Of a stretch of DNA of 52,027 nucleotides, positions 1-9,484 are shown piece by piece (position 1 is the stretch's first letter; every line of letters begins with the position of its first letter). The DNA lies in NCBI GenBank assembly GCA_030037595.1, contig JASHQJ010000178.1, positions 1 through 52,027 on the forward strand, written 5' to 3'. Both the position numbers and the translations under genes were made by a program. The notes beneath the pieces are model-generated. The model saw only the letters and a list, made by a program, of their open reading frames with translations, made no database searches and had not been told where the DNA came from. Source of the DNA: Candidatus Binataceae bacterium. GTDB lineage: Bacteria > Desulfobacterota > Binatia > Binatales > Binataceae.

Positions 1-1
1 C

Positions 2-904
2 TCCGACCTTCATCTATATGAATGGGAGCTTGGCGCCGACCGGATGGCGGGGCAGATGCCGTTCGTAATGGGCCACGAACCGGCGGGTGACGTGGTCGCC
101 GTTGGCGCGCGTGTCACGGGCTTCAAGCTAGGAGACCGCGTCGCGCTCGATCCGTTCGGCCACTGCGGCAACTGCGGGCCGTGCCGCGCCGGGCGCTTCA
201 ATTTGTGCTCGTCGCCGACGCATCTCTCGGGCGCGTTCGCCGAGTACGCGATCGCGCCGGTCGGCAACGCGCATCGCGTGCCGAAAGATATGAATATGGA
301 GGTCGCCGCGCTGCTCGAGCCATTCGGCACCGGGCTTCACGCGGTCGAGCAATCGTCGCTCAGGGCCGGCGACAGCGCCGTCGTCGAAGGACCCGGTCCG
401 ATCGGCCTCAGCGTCGCACTGTCGCTTCGCGCGCTCGGCGTGACTTCGATCGTCGTGACGGGCCTCGAGGTCGATAAGGATCGTCTCGCGCTCGCGCGCG
501 AGATGGGCTTCAAGACGGTCTGCGCGAGCGATCGCAACTGGATCGAGCAGGTGCGCGCGCTGATACCCGAAGGCGGCGCCGACGCGGTCTTCGATGCGTG
601 CGGCATGATCGATTCGCCGCGCGAATTGCTGCATCGCGGCGGCCAGCTCCTCGAAATCGGATGGCCGGCGCGCGACCTCTCGTCCACTGAACTCCGCGCG
701 CTCTTTTTCCACGGCGTGTCGATCATCAACTCCCGCGTGCGAATGCCGGAGACTTGGCGGCGCGCGATCGCGCTGGTCGCGAGCGGCGCCGTCGATCTCA
801 TGCCGATGGTGACGCATCGATTTGATATCACGCATGGAATCGAGGCGTTCGAGCTGTTGCGCGCGCGCGGCGGCGTGAAGGCATTAGTCATTCCAAATAG
901 CTAG
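2..904 (+). CDS. Zn-dependent alcohol dehydrogenase (MDR family), 5'-truncated by window edge
   Basis: Frame is open from nt 2 (SDLHLYEW...). Has the GHE catalytic Zn motif, CGNCGPC...C structural Zn site and GPGPIG Rossmann motif. Confidence 0.9.
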   Translation, partial: SDLHLYEWELGADRMAGQMPFVMGHEPAGDVVAVGARVTGFKLGDRVALDPFGHCGNCGPCRAGRFNLCSSPTHLSGAFAEYAIAPVGNAHRVPKDMNMEVAALLEPFGTGLHAVEQSSLRAGDSAVVEGPGPIGLSVALSLRALGVTSIVVTGLEVDKDRLALAREMGFKTVCASDRNWIEQVRALIPEGGADAVFDACGMIDSPRELLHRGGQLLEIGWPARDLSSTELRALFFHGVSIINSRVRMPETWRRAIALVASGAVDLMPMVTHRFDITHGIEAFELLRARGGVKALVIPNS

Positions 905-960
905 TAACTACAGAATCGCTAGCAACCAAAAACGGCTTATCTATTTCAGGAGAGCCAGTC

Positions 961-2079
961 ATGAAAGACGGATTCAAAATTGTCGACGTCGATACCCACT
1001 TGATGGAACCCGACTACGTATTCGAGAAGTACATCGACGAAAAGTACAAGTCGGAAGCGCCGAGGATGGGCAAGGCCGCTGAGTCGGGACGCCGAACCTT
1101 CCTGGTCGAGGGCGAACCTTTCACGCGCGAGAAGGGCAAGTATCCGATGGCGGCGCCCGCGTTCCTGGAATCGGTCCGCAAGGCGATGAAGCGCTTCGAG
1201 CGCGCGGCGAAGACGGGATTCAGCGCCGAGAGCCGCATCTGGGACATGGACGAGCAGGGCGTTGACGTGCAGGTCGTGTATCCCACGGCGGCGGGCCAGA
1301 TGCTCGGGCGCGAGTTCAGGGACGCGAAGCTGCTGGCGGCGTGTTGCCGCGCCTACAACGACTGGAGCGCTGACTTCACCTCGAAGAACACGGACCGGAT
1401 CAAGTGGGCCGCCATCCTGCCGGTGCAGGACGTTGACGAGGCGATCAAGGAGGCTCATCGATCAGCGAAGAACGGCGCGGTGAGTTTCTACGTGCGCCCG
1501 AATCCCGTGCGCGGCCGCACGATCTTCCACGAGGATTACCTTCCGCTCTGGGCCGAGGTCGAGAAGCTCGGCAAGCCAATTTCGACGCACGATTCCGCAT
1601 CGGCGTCGGTCGATTCATTCGGCGACCGGATGGACACGCACGTGACCGGGCATATCCTGTCGCATCCGTTCGAGGCGATGGCCGCGATGGCGGGACTGAT
1701 CTGGTACGGCGTGATCGAGCGCTTCCCGAAGCTCCGCGTGGTGCAGGTCGAGGCCGATGGCGGATGGGTTCCGTACTGGCTGCAGCGGATGGAACAGCAC
1801 TGGAACTACAGCGGCAACGCCGAGCACGAATACCTGAAGAAGCGGCCGACGGAATATTTCAAGAACAATTTCTTTATCGCGTTTCGCGGCGACGAGCCGA
1901 CGATGAAGGCGGCGATAGATATCATCGGCGACGACAACTTCCTCTGGGACACGGATTATCCGCATCCGGATGGGACGTTCCCGTGGGGAATCGAGGCGAT
2001 TATCAAGCAGCCGATCGCGGCCGAGAGCAAGCGCAAGATTCTCTGGGACAACGCCGTGCGCGCGTTCGGGCTCAACTGA
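961..2079 (+). CDS. Amidohydrolase family 2 protein (metal-dependent hydrolase/decarboxylase)
   Basis: N-terminal DVDTH metal motif, AYNDW, EADGGW and WDTDYPHPD motifs. AGGAG RBS upstream. Confidence 0.9.
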   Translation: MKDGFKIVDVDTHLMEPDYVFEKYIDEKYKSEAPRMGKAAESGRRTFLVEGEPFTREKGKYPMAAPAFLESVRKAMKRFERAAKTGFSAESRIWDMDEQGVDVQVVYPTAAGQMLGREFRDAKLLAACCRAYNDWSADFTSKNTDRIKWAAILPVQDVDEAIKEAHRSAKNGAVSFYVRPNPVRGRTIFHEDYLPLWAEVEKLGKPISTHDSASASVDSFGDRMDTHVTGHILSHPFEAMAAMAGLIWYGVIERFPKLRVVQVEADGGWVPYWLQRMEQHWNYSGNAEHEYLKKRPTEYFKNNFFIAFRGDEPTMKAAIDIIGDDNFLWDTDYPHPDGTFPWGIEAIIKQPIAAESKRKILWDNAVRAFGLN

Positions 2080-2086
2080 GTATTCG

Positions 2087-3277
2087 ATGGATTTTGAATT
2101 CTCGCCCGAGCAGGAAGCGTTTCGCGCCGAAGTCAGAAAGTGGCTCGCGGAAAAACTGCCGCCGGAGCTTTGCGTCGATGACGCGTACGACGAGCGGATC
2201 GCACCGAATCGCGAGATCTTCGAGAAGCGCCGCGCGTGGCAGGCGAAGCTCTATCGCGCAGGCTACGGCGGATTCCCGTGGCCCAGGCAGTACGGCGGCC
2301 GCGACGCGAGCCTGATCGAGCAGTACATCTGGGACGAGGAATACAGCAACGCGCGCGCGCCCGTGCTGCCGGGATACTTCGGCCTCGGGCTATGCGGCCC
2401 GACGCTGATGCAGTGGGGCACCGCGGGGCAGAAGGAACGCTTCCTCAAGCGCATCCTCGCGGCTGATGACATCTGGTGCCAGGGCTATTCCGAGCCGGGC
2501 GCGGGCTCCGACCTCGCGGGTATCTCGACGCGCGCTGTTGACAAGGGCGACTACTTCGAGGTCAACGGGCAGAAGGTGTGGACCTCGGGCGCGCAGTACG
2601 CCGACTGGATGTTCATGCTGGCGCGCACCGACCCCGACGCGCCGAAGCATCGCGGGATCAGCTACCTGCTGCTCGACATGAAAAGCCCGGGGGTCAGCGT
2701 GCGCCCGTTGATCACGATGAACGGGCACGCGCACTTCAACGAGGTCTTCTTCGACAACGTGCAGGTGCCGCGCGACAACCTGGTCGGGCAGATCAACGAC
2801 GGCTGGAAAGTCGCGATGACCACGCTCAGCTTCGAGCGGAGCTTCGCGGGAGGCGGTGGTCACGGCTCGCAGATAAAGCGCCTCGTGGAGTTGGCGAAGC
2901 TGGTCGACATCGATGGCAAGCCGGCGTGGGAGAAAGAGTGGGTGCGGCAGAATCTCGCGCAGTTCGCGATTGAGAATGAGGCTGCCAAGTACGCGCGGCT
3001 ACGATCGTTTACGCGCCAGCTCAGGGGGCTCCCGCCGGGACCGGAAGGCTCGATGCTTAAGTTGTTCGGCTCGGAGCTCGGCATCAGGATCGCACGCTTC
3101 TCGACGGAGCTGCTGGGCGGCTACGGTCTGCTCGGCGAGGCGACGGAAGTTGTGCCGGACGCGCCGCGATGGCTGAATCGGGTGCTCAGCTCGCGGCAAT
3201 ATACGATTGCCGGCGGCACAAGCGAGATTCAGCGCAATATCATTGGCGAGCGAACGCTGGGATTGCCGAAGGGCTGA
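2087..3277 (+). CDS. Acyl-CoA dehydrogenase (FadE-like)
   Basis: MDFEFSPEQEAFRAEVR start, WCQGYSEPGAGSDLA, NGQKVWTS, TIAGGTSEIQRNIIGER. Start moved from the track's 1970 to ATG 2087. Confidence 0.93.
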   Translation: MDFEFSPEQEAFRAEVRKWLAEKLPPELCVDDAYDERIAPNREIFEKRRAWQAKLYRAGYGGFPWPRQYGGRDASLIEQYIWDEEYSNARAPVLPGYFGLGLCGPTLMQWGTAGQKERFLKRILAADDIWCQGYSEPGAGSDLAGISTRAVDKGDYFEVNGQKVWTSGAQYADWMFMLARTDPDAPKHRGISYLLLDMKSPGVSVRPLITMNGHAHFNEVFFDNVQVPRDNLVGQINDGWKVAMTTLSFERSFAGGGGHGSQIKRLVELAKLVDIDGKPAWEKEWVRQNLAQFAIENEAAKYARLRSFTRQLRGLPPGPEGSMLKLFGSELGIRIARFSTELLGGYGLLGEATEVVPDAPRWLNRVLSSRQYTIAGGTSEIQRNIIGERTLGLPKG

Positions 3278-3316
3278 ACGTTGACAACGCCGACCCACTC
3301 AAAGGACTAAGACCCA

Positions 3317-3739
3317 ATGGAACTCGAACCTCTATTTGAGATTACGCTCACGCTGGCGCCCCCGATCGTTATCCCGGACGCGCCGGACGGCACGCGCGTA
3401 ATCGTCAACGTCGCGGCAGGCAAGTTTGAAGGCCCGCGCATCAGCGGAGAGGTGCTGAACAGCGGCGGCGACTGGTTCCTGCTGCGTCCCGACGGCGTCG
3501 GCGTGGTCGATGTGCGGGTGGCGCTCAAGACGAGTGATGGCGAGAACATCTACATGACCTACAGCGGGCGTGCGCAGCTCGGGCCGAATGGACTGCCGCA
3601 GGCGCTCCAGACGGCGCCGCTCTTCTCGGCCTCGACCAAGGGCAAGTACGCGTGGCTCAATTCGGTCCAGGCGGTCGCGACGGGGGCCCTCAGCCCCGAC
3701 GGTCAGTCAGTCACATATAAATTGCAAATCGTGAAGTGA
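3317..3739 (+). CDS. DUF3237 family beta-barrel protein
   Basis: GKFEGPRISGEV...GGDW...DVR..LKTSDGENIY...KYAWLN pattern typical of DUF3237. Confidence 0.8.
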   Translation: MELEPLFEITLTLAPPIVIPDAPDGTRVIVNVAAGKFEGPRISGEVLNSGGDWFLLRPDGVGVVDVRVALKTSDGENIYMTYSGRAQLGPNGLPQALQTAPLFSASTKGKYAWLNSVQAVATGALSPDGQSVTYKLQIVK

Positions 3740-3886
3740 TTGTCGGCGTTCTACTGAAGGCGGAGCAGCCCTTCTCTGACCAATCGGTCGGGTCTCGAAT
3801 TAACCTTGACAACCCAGCCAAATTCGTTTAGCAGACCAATCGGGTCCAGAATTTCTTTCTAATATATCGTAAGCTACAGCATTCGT

Positions 3887-3914
3887 TTGACTGCTTTCTG
3901 TTCATGACTATACT
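3887..3914 (+). promoter_or_regulatory. sigma70-type promoter of the isc operon
   Basis: TTGACT (3887-3892), 16 bp spacer, TATACT (3909-3914) in AT-rich DNA about 60 bp upstream of iscS. Confidence 0.6.
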
Positions 3915-3934
3915 TGACTCTAGAGGTCCACTAA
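3910..3934. promoter_or_regulatory. IscR/Rrf2 type-1-like operator
   Basis: ATACTTGACTCTAGAGGTCCACTAA matches the E. coli IscR type-1 consensus ATASYYGACTRWWWYAGTCRRSTAT at 19/25 positions (manual count) and overlaps the -10 box. Confidence 0.55.
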
Positions 3935-3976
3935 TCTGTGACCGATTGTAGGAGTTTGGTGGGCTGAGAGGACGCG

Positions 3977-5194
3977 ATGCTGAAGACGCCGATTTACATG
4001 GATAATCACGCGACCACGCGTACGGACCCGCGCGTGCTCGACGTGATGCTACCGTATTTCACCGAGAAGTTCGGGAACGCCGCGAGCCGTAATCACAGCT
4101 TCGGCTGGGAAGCCGAGGAAGGTGTCGTGCGCGCCCGCAACCAGATTGCCGCGCTGATCGGCGGCAAGGCCAAGGAGATAATTTTCACCAGCGGCGCGAC
4201 CGAGTCGGATAACCTCGCGGTCAAGGGTGTGCTCGAGTTCTACAAGGACAAGGGCAACCACATCATCACCTGCGTCACCGAGCATAAGGCGATACTCGAT
4301 AGTTGCCGCGCGCTCGAGCGGGCCGGCAAGGCGACGGTTACGTACCTGGCGGTCGACAAGTACGGGATGGTGGATCCCGACGACGTGCGCAGCGCGATCA
4401 CCGACAAGACCGTGTTGATCTCGATCATGTGGGCGAACAACGAGATCGGCACGATTCATCCGATCGCGGAAATCGGCAAGATCGCGAAAGAAAAGGGAAT
4501 TGTGTTTCACAGCGATGCGGTGCAGGCAGTTGGGCATATTCCGGTTGACGTCGAGAAGAACGGCGTCGATCTGCTCTCGCTGACTGCGCACAAGCTTTAC
4601 GGCCCCAAGGGATGCGGCGCGCTGTGGGTTCGCTCGAAGGGACCGCGCGTGCGTATCACGCCGATTATCGACGGCGGCGGCCATGAGCGCGGCATGCGCT
4701 CGGGCACGCTGAATGTCACTGGGATCGTTGGCTTTGGTGCAGCAGCCGAGATCGCCGCGAAGGAAATGAACGAAGAGGCCGAGCGGCTGCGCGAAATGCG
4801 CAACAAGCTCCAGGCCGGATTGTTCGAGCGGCTCGACGAGATTTACCTGAACGGTCATCCGACGGAGCGGCTGCCCGGTAACCTCAACGTCAGCTTCGCG
4901 TATGTCGAAGGCGAGTCGCTCCTGATGGGAATCAACGACGTTGCGGTGAGCTCCGGCTCGGCCTGCACCTCGGCGACGCTCGAGCCCTCGTACGTGATTC
5001 GCGCGCTGGGCACCAATGAGGAGCTGGCACATAGCTCGATTCGCTTCGGCGTCGGCCGTTTCAACACAGACGAAGAGGTCGATTACGTGACGGAGCGCGT
5101 GACCAAGGAAGTGCGGCGGCTGCGCGAGATGTCGCCGCTCTACGAGATGGCCAAAGAAGGCATCGATCTCAAGTCCGTCAGCTGGAAGGCGTAA
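3977..5194 (+). CDS. iscS: Cysteine desulfurase IscS
   Basis: [21 protein letters not shown]-lysine motif AHKLYGPKG, catalytic SSGSACTS, C-terminal SPLYEM. Confidence 0.97.
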   Translation: MLKTPIYMDNHATTRTDPRVLDVMLPYFTEKFGNAASRNHSFGWEAEEGVVRARNQIAALIGGKAKEIIFTSGATESDNLAVKGVLEFYKDKGNHIITCVTEHKAILDSCRALERAGKATVTYLAVDKYGMVDPDDVRSAITDKTVLISIMWANNEIGTIHPIAEIGKIAKEKGIVFHSDAVQAVGHIPVDVEKNGVDLLSLTAHKLYGPKGCGALWVRSKGPRVRITPIIDGGGHERGMRSGTLNVTGIVGFGAAAEIAAKEMNEEAERLREMRNKLQAGLFERLDEIYLNGHPTERLPGNLNVSFAYVEGESLLMGINDVAVSSGSACTSATLEPSYVIRALGTNEELAHSSIRFGVGRFNTDEEVDYVTERVTKEVRRLREMSPLYEMAKEGIDLKSVSWKA

Positions 5195-5212
5195 GGAATC
5201 AGCGGAGGCATC

Positions 5213-5635
5213 ATGTCCTACTCGAAAAAGGTTCTCGACCATTACAACAATCCGCGCAACGTCGGCTCGTTCGCCAAGGACGAAGCCAACGTCGGCACGG
5301 GCGTTGTCGGCGCGCCGGAATGCGGCGACGTGATGAAGCTCCAGCTCAAGATCAACGACAGCGGCGTGATCGAGGACGCTAAGTTCAAGACCTTCGGCTG
5401 CGGCAGCGCGATCGCAAGTTCGAGCTACGTGACCGAGCTGGTCAAGGGCAAGCATATCGAAGAGGCGATGGCGATTAAGAACACCGTCATCGTGCAGGAG
5501 CTCAACTTGCCTCCGGTGAAGATTCACTGTTCGGTGCTCGCCGAGGATGCGATCAAGGCCGCGATCACCGACTGGAAGAAGCGCAAGGGTGACGACGCGG
5601 AAGCGCCTTCGACCGACAAGGCGGGGCGGGCGTAA
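5213..5635 (+). CDS. iscU: Fe-S cluster scaffold IscU
   Basis: YSKKVLDHYNNPRNVG, CGD, FGCGSAIASSS and the HscA-recognition motif LPPVKIHCS. Confidence 0.97.
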   Translation: MSYSKKVLDHYNNPRNVGSFAKDEANVGTGVVGAPECGDVMKLQLKINDSGVIEDAKFKTFGCGSAIASSSYVTELVKGKHIEEAMAIKNTVIVQELNLPPVKIHCSVLAEDAIKAAITDWKKRKGDDAEAPSTDKAGRA

Positions 5636-5650
5636 ACAGGTAGTTATGCG

Positions 5651-5968
5651 ATGATTTCGCTTTCGGAAAACGCGGTCCACAAGATCAAGCAGCTCGTTGC
5701 CGACAAGGGCGACGATGCGGGACTGCGCGTGAAGGTGGTGGGCGGCGGCTGCTCGGGGCTGCAGTACCGGATGGAAATCGACGCGGCCAAGGAGCGCGAC
5801 AAGGTTTTCGAGCGCGACGGCGCGAAACTGATCGTCGACAAGAAGAGTTTTCTTTATTTGAACGGGTCCGAGCTCGACTACGCTGAAGAACTAATGTCCG
5901 CCGGCTTTCGGGTCGTCAACCCCAATGTCAAGCGGCAGTGCGGATGCGGCGAATCGTTCGTCGTGTGA
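5651..5968 (+). CDS. iscA: A-type Fe-S carrier IscA
   Basis: GGGCSG and NPN...CGCGESF motifs; operon position. Confidence 0.93.
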   Translation: MISLSENAVHKIKQLVADKGDDAGLRVKVVGGGCSGLQYRMEIDAAKERDKVFERDGAKLIVDKKSFLYLNGSELDYAEELMSAGFRVVNPNVKRQCGCGESFVV

Positions 5969-5997
5969 ACGTGGGATGAGGGACACGCCTCCAAGTC

Positions 5998-6630
5998 ATG
6001 ATCGAATGCCCGTCATGCGGACGGCGGCAAACGCCGCGATTAACCTGCGAGCAGTGCAGCGCGCCGCTGGGCGCTGAACTCGACTGCTTCGTCGCGCTCG
6101 GGCTACCTCAAAAGCTCACGATCGACCTGCCCGCACTCGAGCGGCTGTATCACGATCTTAGCCGCCGGGTGCATCCCGATCGTTTCGCCTCGGCGAGTCC
6201 AAGGGTCCGAACCGCGAGCCTGCGAGCGACTGCGCTGCTCACTCGTAGTTATCGAGCGCTGAAGGATCCCGTCGCCCGCGGCCTCTACTGGCTCGAGCTC
6301 AGGGGACAGAAGCTCGCTGAGAACAACAAGCAGGTCCCGCCTGATCTGGCGGAGCTCGTGTTCAACGTGCAGGAGGAGCTCGCGGAACTCGCGGCCGAGA
6401 GATCTGACGAGCTCGAAGCGACCGTTAACGCGCGCCGCGAAGAAGTCGATCAGGCAATGAAGGCGGCGCACGAAAACCTCGCGCGCAACTTCGCCGCCTG
6501 GGATGCGGGCGGCGGTGGCGACGATCAGAAATTGATCGCCGACCTCAAGACGATTCTCTCGCGGATTGCGTACCTCCGCACGCTGCTTCGCGATATCGAT
6601 CGCGCGCTGGCGCATGCCAACGCGGCATAA
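5998..6630 (+). CDS. hscB: Fe-S co-chaperone HscB with N-terminal CxxC..CxxC domain
   Basis: J-domain HPDRF; lies between iscA and hscA; N-terminal CPSC and CEQC. Confidence 0.9.
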   Translation: MIECPSCGRRQTPRLTCEQCSAPLGAELDCFVALGLPQKLTIDLPALERLYHDLSRRVHPDRFASASPRVRTASLRATALLTRSYRALKDPVARGLYWLELRGQKLAENNKQVPPDLAELVFNVQEELAELAAERSDELEATVNARREEVDQAMKAAHENLARNFAAWDAGGGGDDQKLIADLKTILSRIAYLRTLLRDIDRALAHANAA

Positions 6631-6633
6631 GCA

Positions 6634-8496
6634 ATGAGTCGCATTTTTGGAATAGACCTCGGCACCACGCAGAGCCTGATTGCGATCATGGACGGCGGCG
6701 CACCGCGCGTGATCAGGGATGCCGAAACGGGCAACGCGTTGTTGGCGTCAGTTGTCGCGATGGCGCCCGACAGCCGGGTCGAGGTAGGGACCCGCGCGAT
6801 CGAGCTCGAGCCTCATCTCACATTTGAAAAAGATGGCCGCGTGAGCGCGGTCGGCTTCGACGGTGGCGAATACGGCGCTGTAATTCGCTCGGTGAAGCGC
6901 TACATGGGACTCGGGGGTAACGAAGTGGCGCCCGAGGATCGCGTCCGCTACGCGTTCGCAGATCTGAGCGGGTCGGTCGTTCGATTCAAAGTCGGAAGCC
7001 GCGTTTTCACGCCGCCGCAGATCTCGGCGGAGATTCTGCGCGCGCTCAAAGTCCGCGCCGAACGCGCGCTCGGTGAAAAGGTCGAGCGCGTCGTCATCAC
7101 TGTACCGGCTTATTTTAATGACGGTCAGCGCCAGGCAACGAAGGACGCCGGCCGCCTCGCCGGACTCGAGGTCGTGCGCCTCGTCAACGAGCCGACGGCC
7201 GCGTCGCTCGCATACGGACTCGGCAAGATGGCCGAGGGAGTAGTCGCGGTTTACGACTTTGGCGGCGGCACCTTTGACATTTCGATCCTGAACATTAAGG
7301 AAGGCATCTTCGAGGTCCTCGCGACCAACGGCGACACCCATCTCGGCGGTGACGATATCGACCGCGCGGTTGCCGAGTGGCTCCTGGCGGAGCTGCCCGA
7401 CTCGGTGAAGACCGACCGCCACGTATGGAACAGCGCGCGAATCGCCGCCGAGGATGCAAAGAAGCGCCTCAGCGAGATCGCGGAGACCGGGGTTGTCGTC
7501 GAGCTACCCGCGCAAACGATTCGCAAATCCCTCTCGCGCGCTGCATTAGAGAAATTTGCTGAGCCTTTCGTCGCGCGCACGATCAAGCGCTCCGAAATGG
7601 CCTTGGCTGACGCGCAGCTGAAACCTGCTGCGATCGATGCCGTCGTATTGGTAGGCGGCTCGACGCGGATGCCCTACGTGAGTGAGCAAGTTAGAACGCT
7701 ATTTGGGCGCGAGCCGCTCTGCTCGATCGACCCGGAAGAAGTCGTGGCCCTGGGTGCTGCCGTCCAGGCCGGCGTTTTGATGGGCACTCAGGGCGACCTG
7801 CTGCTCCTCGACGTGGTGCCGCTCTCGCTCGGAATCGAGACGATGGGCGGGGTGATGGAGCGTCTTATACATCGGAATACCACTATTCCGACAAGTATCA
7901 CCGAAAGTTTCACAACCGCTGTGGATAACCAAACCCACGTCGATATTCACGTTTTGCAAGGAGAGCGCGAGCTTGCTAAGGATTGCCGTAGCCTCGCGCG
8001 CTTCAAGCTAGGGCCCATTGAGCCGCAGCCGGCCGGGCTGCCCCGCATCGAAGTAACTTTCCTTATCGATGCAAACGGGATACTTAGCGTAACAGCGCGC
8101 GATGAGCGCACTGGCCGCGAGCATTCGATCGACGTCAAGCCGAGCTATGGCTTGGCCGACGACGAAATCGAACGGATGCTCGAAGAGGCGATCGATCTTG
8201 GTGAGCAGGACCTCGAACAGAGGCTGCTGATCACGGCCCGCAATGACGCCGAGCAGATCCTGGGTGCACTTCATAAGCAGCTCGGCGAGTGGGCGTCGCT
8301 GCTGGAAAACGGCGAGCGAGAGCAGATTGAGGAGGCGGTGGAGCGGTTGGAAAGGGCCCGCAAACAAACCGATCGCGAACTAATAGCCACACTGGTCGAG
8401 GAGCTGAACGAGCTGACCACGCCGTTCGCTGAACGCATTATGGACCGGGCGATTAAGGACGCGCTCGAGAAGAAGTCGGTTGACGATTTGTCGTGA
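6634..8496 (+). CDS. hscA: Fe-S chaperone HscA (Hsp70 family)
   Basis: [43 protein letters not shown]; isc operon context. Confidence 0.93.
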   Translation: MSRIFGIDLGTTQSLIAIMDGGAPRVIRDAETGNALLASVVAMAPDSRVEVGTRAIELEPHLTFEKDGRVSAVGFDGGEYGAVIRSVKRYMGLGGNEVAPEDRVRYAFADLSGSVVRFKVGSRVFTPPQISAEILRALKVRAERALGEKVERVVITVPAYFNDGQRQATKDAGRLAGLEVVRLVNEPTAASLAYGLGKMAEGVVAVYDFGGGTFDISILNIKEGIFEVLATNGDTHLGGDDIDRAVAEWLLAELPDSVKTDRHVWNSARIAAEDAKKRLSEIAETGVVVELPAQTIRKSLSRAALEKFAEPFVARTIKRSEMALADAQLKPAAIDAVVLVGGSTRMPYVSEQVRTLFGREPLCSIDPEEVVALGAAVQAGVLMGTQGDLLLLDVVPLSLGIETMGGVMERLIHRNTTIPTSITESFTTAVDNQTHVDIHVLQGERELAKDCRSLARFKLGPIEPQPAGLPRIEVTFLIDANGILSVTARDERTGREHSIDVKPSYGLADDEIERMLEEAIDLGEQDLEQRLLITARNDAEQILGALHKQLGEWASLLENGEREQIEEAVERLERARKQTDRELIATLVEELNELTTPFAERIMDRAIKDALEKKSVDDLS

Positions 8497-8512
8497 CGGA
8501 GGACGCTTCGCG

Positions 8513-8737
8513 ATGGGACTCAAATGGGATCAGGCCGAAGAGATAGCCGAGGTGCTAGCGGAGAATCACCCCGGGCTCAATCCGCTTGACGCCCGATTCA
8601 CGGACCTTCGCCAGTGGGTGATCGATCTGGATGAGTTCGATGACGATCGGAACGCATCGACGGAGGCCAAGCTCGAGGCGATCCAGATGGCGTGGCACGA
8701 GATCTACAAGGAACAAAACGAGGACGACTCTGAATAA
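8513..8737 (+). CDS. iscX: Fe-S assembly protein IscX (YfhJ)
   Basis: MGLKW...EIA..L...HP...RFTDLRQWVIDL..FDDD...LEAIQMAW; acidic; GGAGG RBS before ATG 8513. Confidence 0.9.
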   Translation: MGLKWDQAEEIAEVLAENHPGLNPLDARFTDLRQWVIDLDEFDDDRNASTEAKLEAIQMAWHEIYKEQNEDDSE

Positions 8738-8860
8738 ATATTCCCGCGGCTTCGTCGAAAAACACGGCCGGAATGGCCGCAACTGAATGCCGCGTTACAA
8801 AAACAGGAGGGTGGGGCGGTGGAGGCCAGGACAAGTTTGAGGACTGAACAGGGAGAGAAG

Positions 8861-9433
8861 ATGCAGGAAAAAGAGACTTTGGACGAGAGGCTGCCGGGGC
8901 TGTTCGAGCCCGACACCCTTTTGCCCATCCAATATTTCGAGGCGATGCGCCGCAAGCATCTGCTCGAGGGCGAGAAGCGTCTCATCCTGAGCGTGCTCGA
9001 GGACGCGGTCGAATGCTTCATGAAATGCATCGACGCCAGCACCAACAAGGGCCAGCGTCTGTTCCGCGAGGCTGACGAATGGATCAGCCACGAGGACAAG
9101 CGATGGGTATTCTCATTTGACAACGTCTGCGAGATGCTCGACATCAATCCTGAATACATGCGGATGGGATTGAAGCGCTGGAAGGAGCGCAAGCTCGAGG
9201 CGATCGAGCGCCGGCGCGCGATCGCGGCCGAAGAGGCAGCTCGCGCCCAGGCGCTCATGGTGGACGCCGCGGTGGCGGCGCCTCCGGCGCCGGCAACCAC
9301 GGCGCGCGTGTCGCCCAAGCCAGCGCTGAAAGCGCCGGCCAAGGCTCCCGCCGCGCCGCATCGCGCGCGGCACAACGAGCTTGCGCGCCCGACGCACTCC
9401 GCGTCGTCGCACAAGCTCCGCAAGCACGCCTAA
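8861..9433 (+). CDS. Hypothetical protein, helical core with Ala/Pro/Lys-rich tail
   Basis: Native codon usage and GGAGAG RBS. Core EKRLILSVLEDAVECF...EADEWI...FSFDNVCEMLDINPEYMR, then a low-complexity basic tail. Alternative start 8819. Confidence 0.75.
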   Translation: MQEKETLDERLPGLFEPDTLLPIQYFEAMRRKHLLEGEKRLILSVLEDAVECFMKCIDASTNKGQRLFREADEWISHEDKRWVFSFDNVCEMLDINPEYMRMGLKRWKERKLEAIERRRAIAAEEAARAQALMVDAAVAAPPAPATTARVSPKPALKAPAKAPAAPHRARHNELARPTHSASSHKLRKHA

Positions 9434-9439
9434 CAGGAG

Positions 9440-9484
9440 ACACGGGCCGGGAGCGCGCGCGAAGCGTGCTTCCGGCCCGTGTTT
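9440..9484. terminator. Long GC-rich hairpin between convergent genes
   Basis: ACACGGGCCGGGAGCGCGC-loop-GCGTGCTTCCGGCCCGTGT inverted repeat with G-U pairs. Confidence 0.65.

Noticed and set aside
4049..5680. 543-aa minus-strand ORF
   Set aside because: Antisense shadow of iscS/iscU caused by high-GC codon bias; no recognisable motifs.
8738..8860. Possible riboswitch or sRNA in the leader of the hypothetical gene
   Set aside because: No recognisable riboswitch consensus or convincing stem by eye; an Infernal/Rfam scan would be needed.
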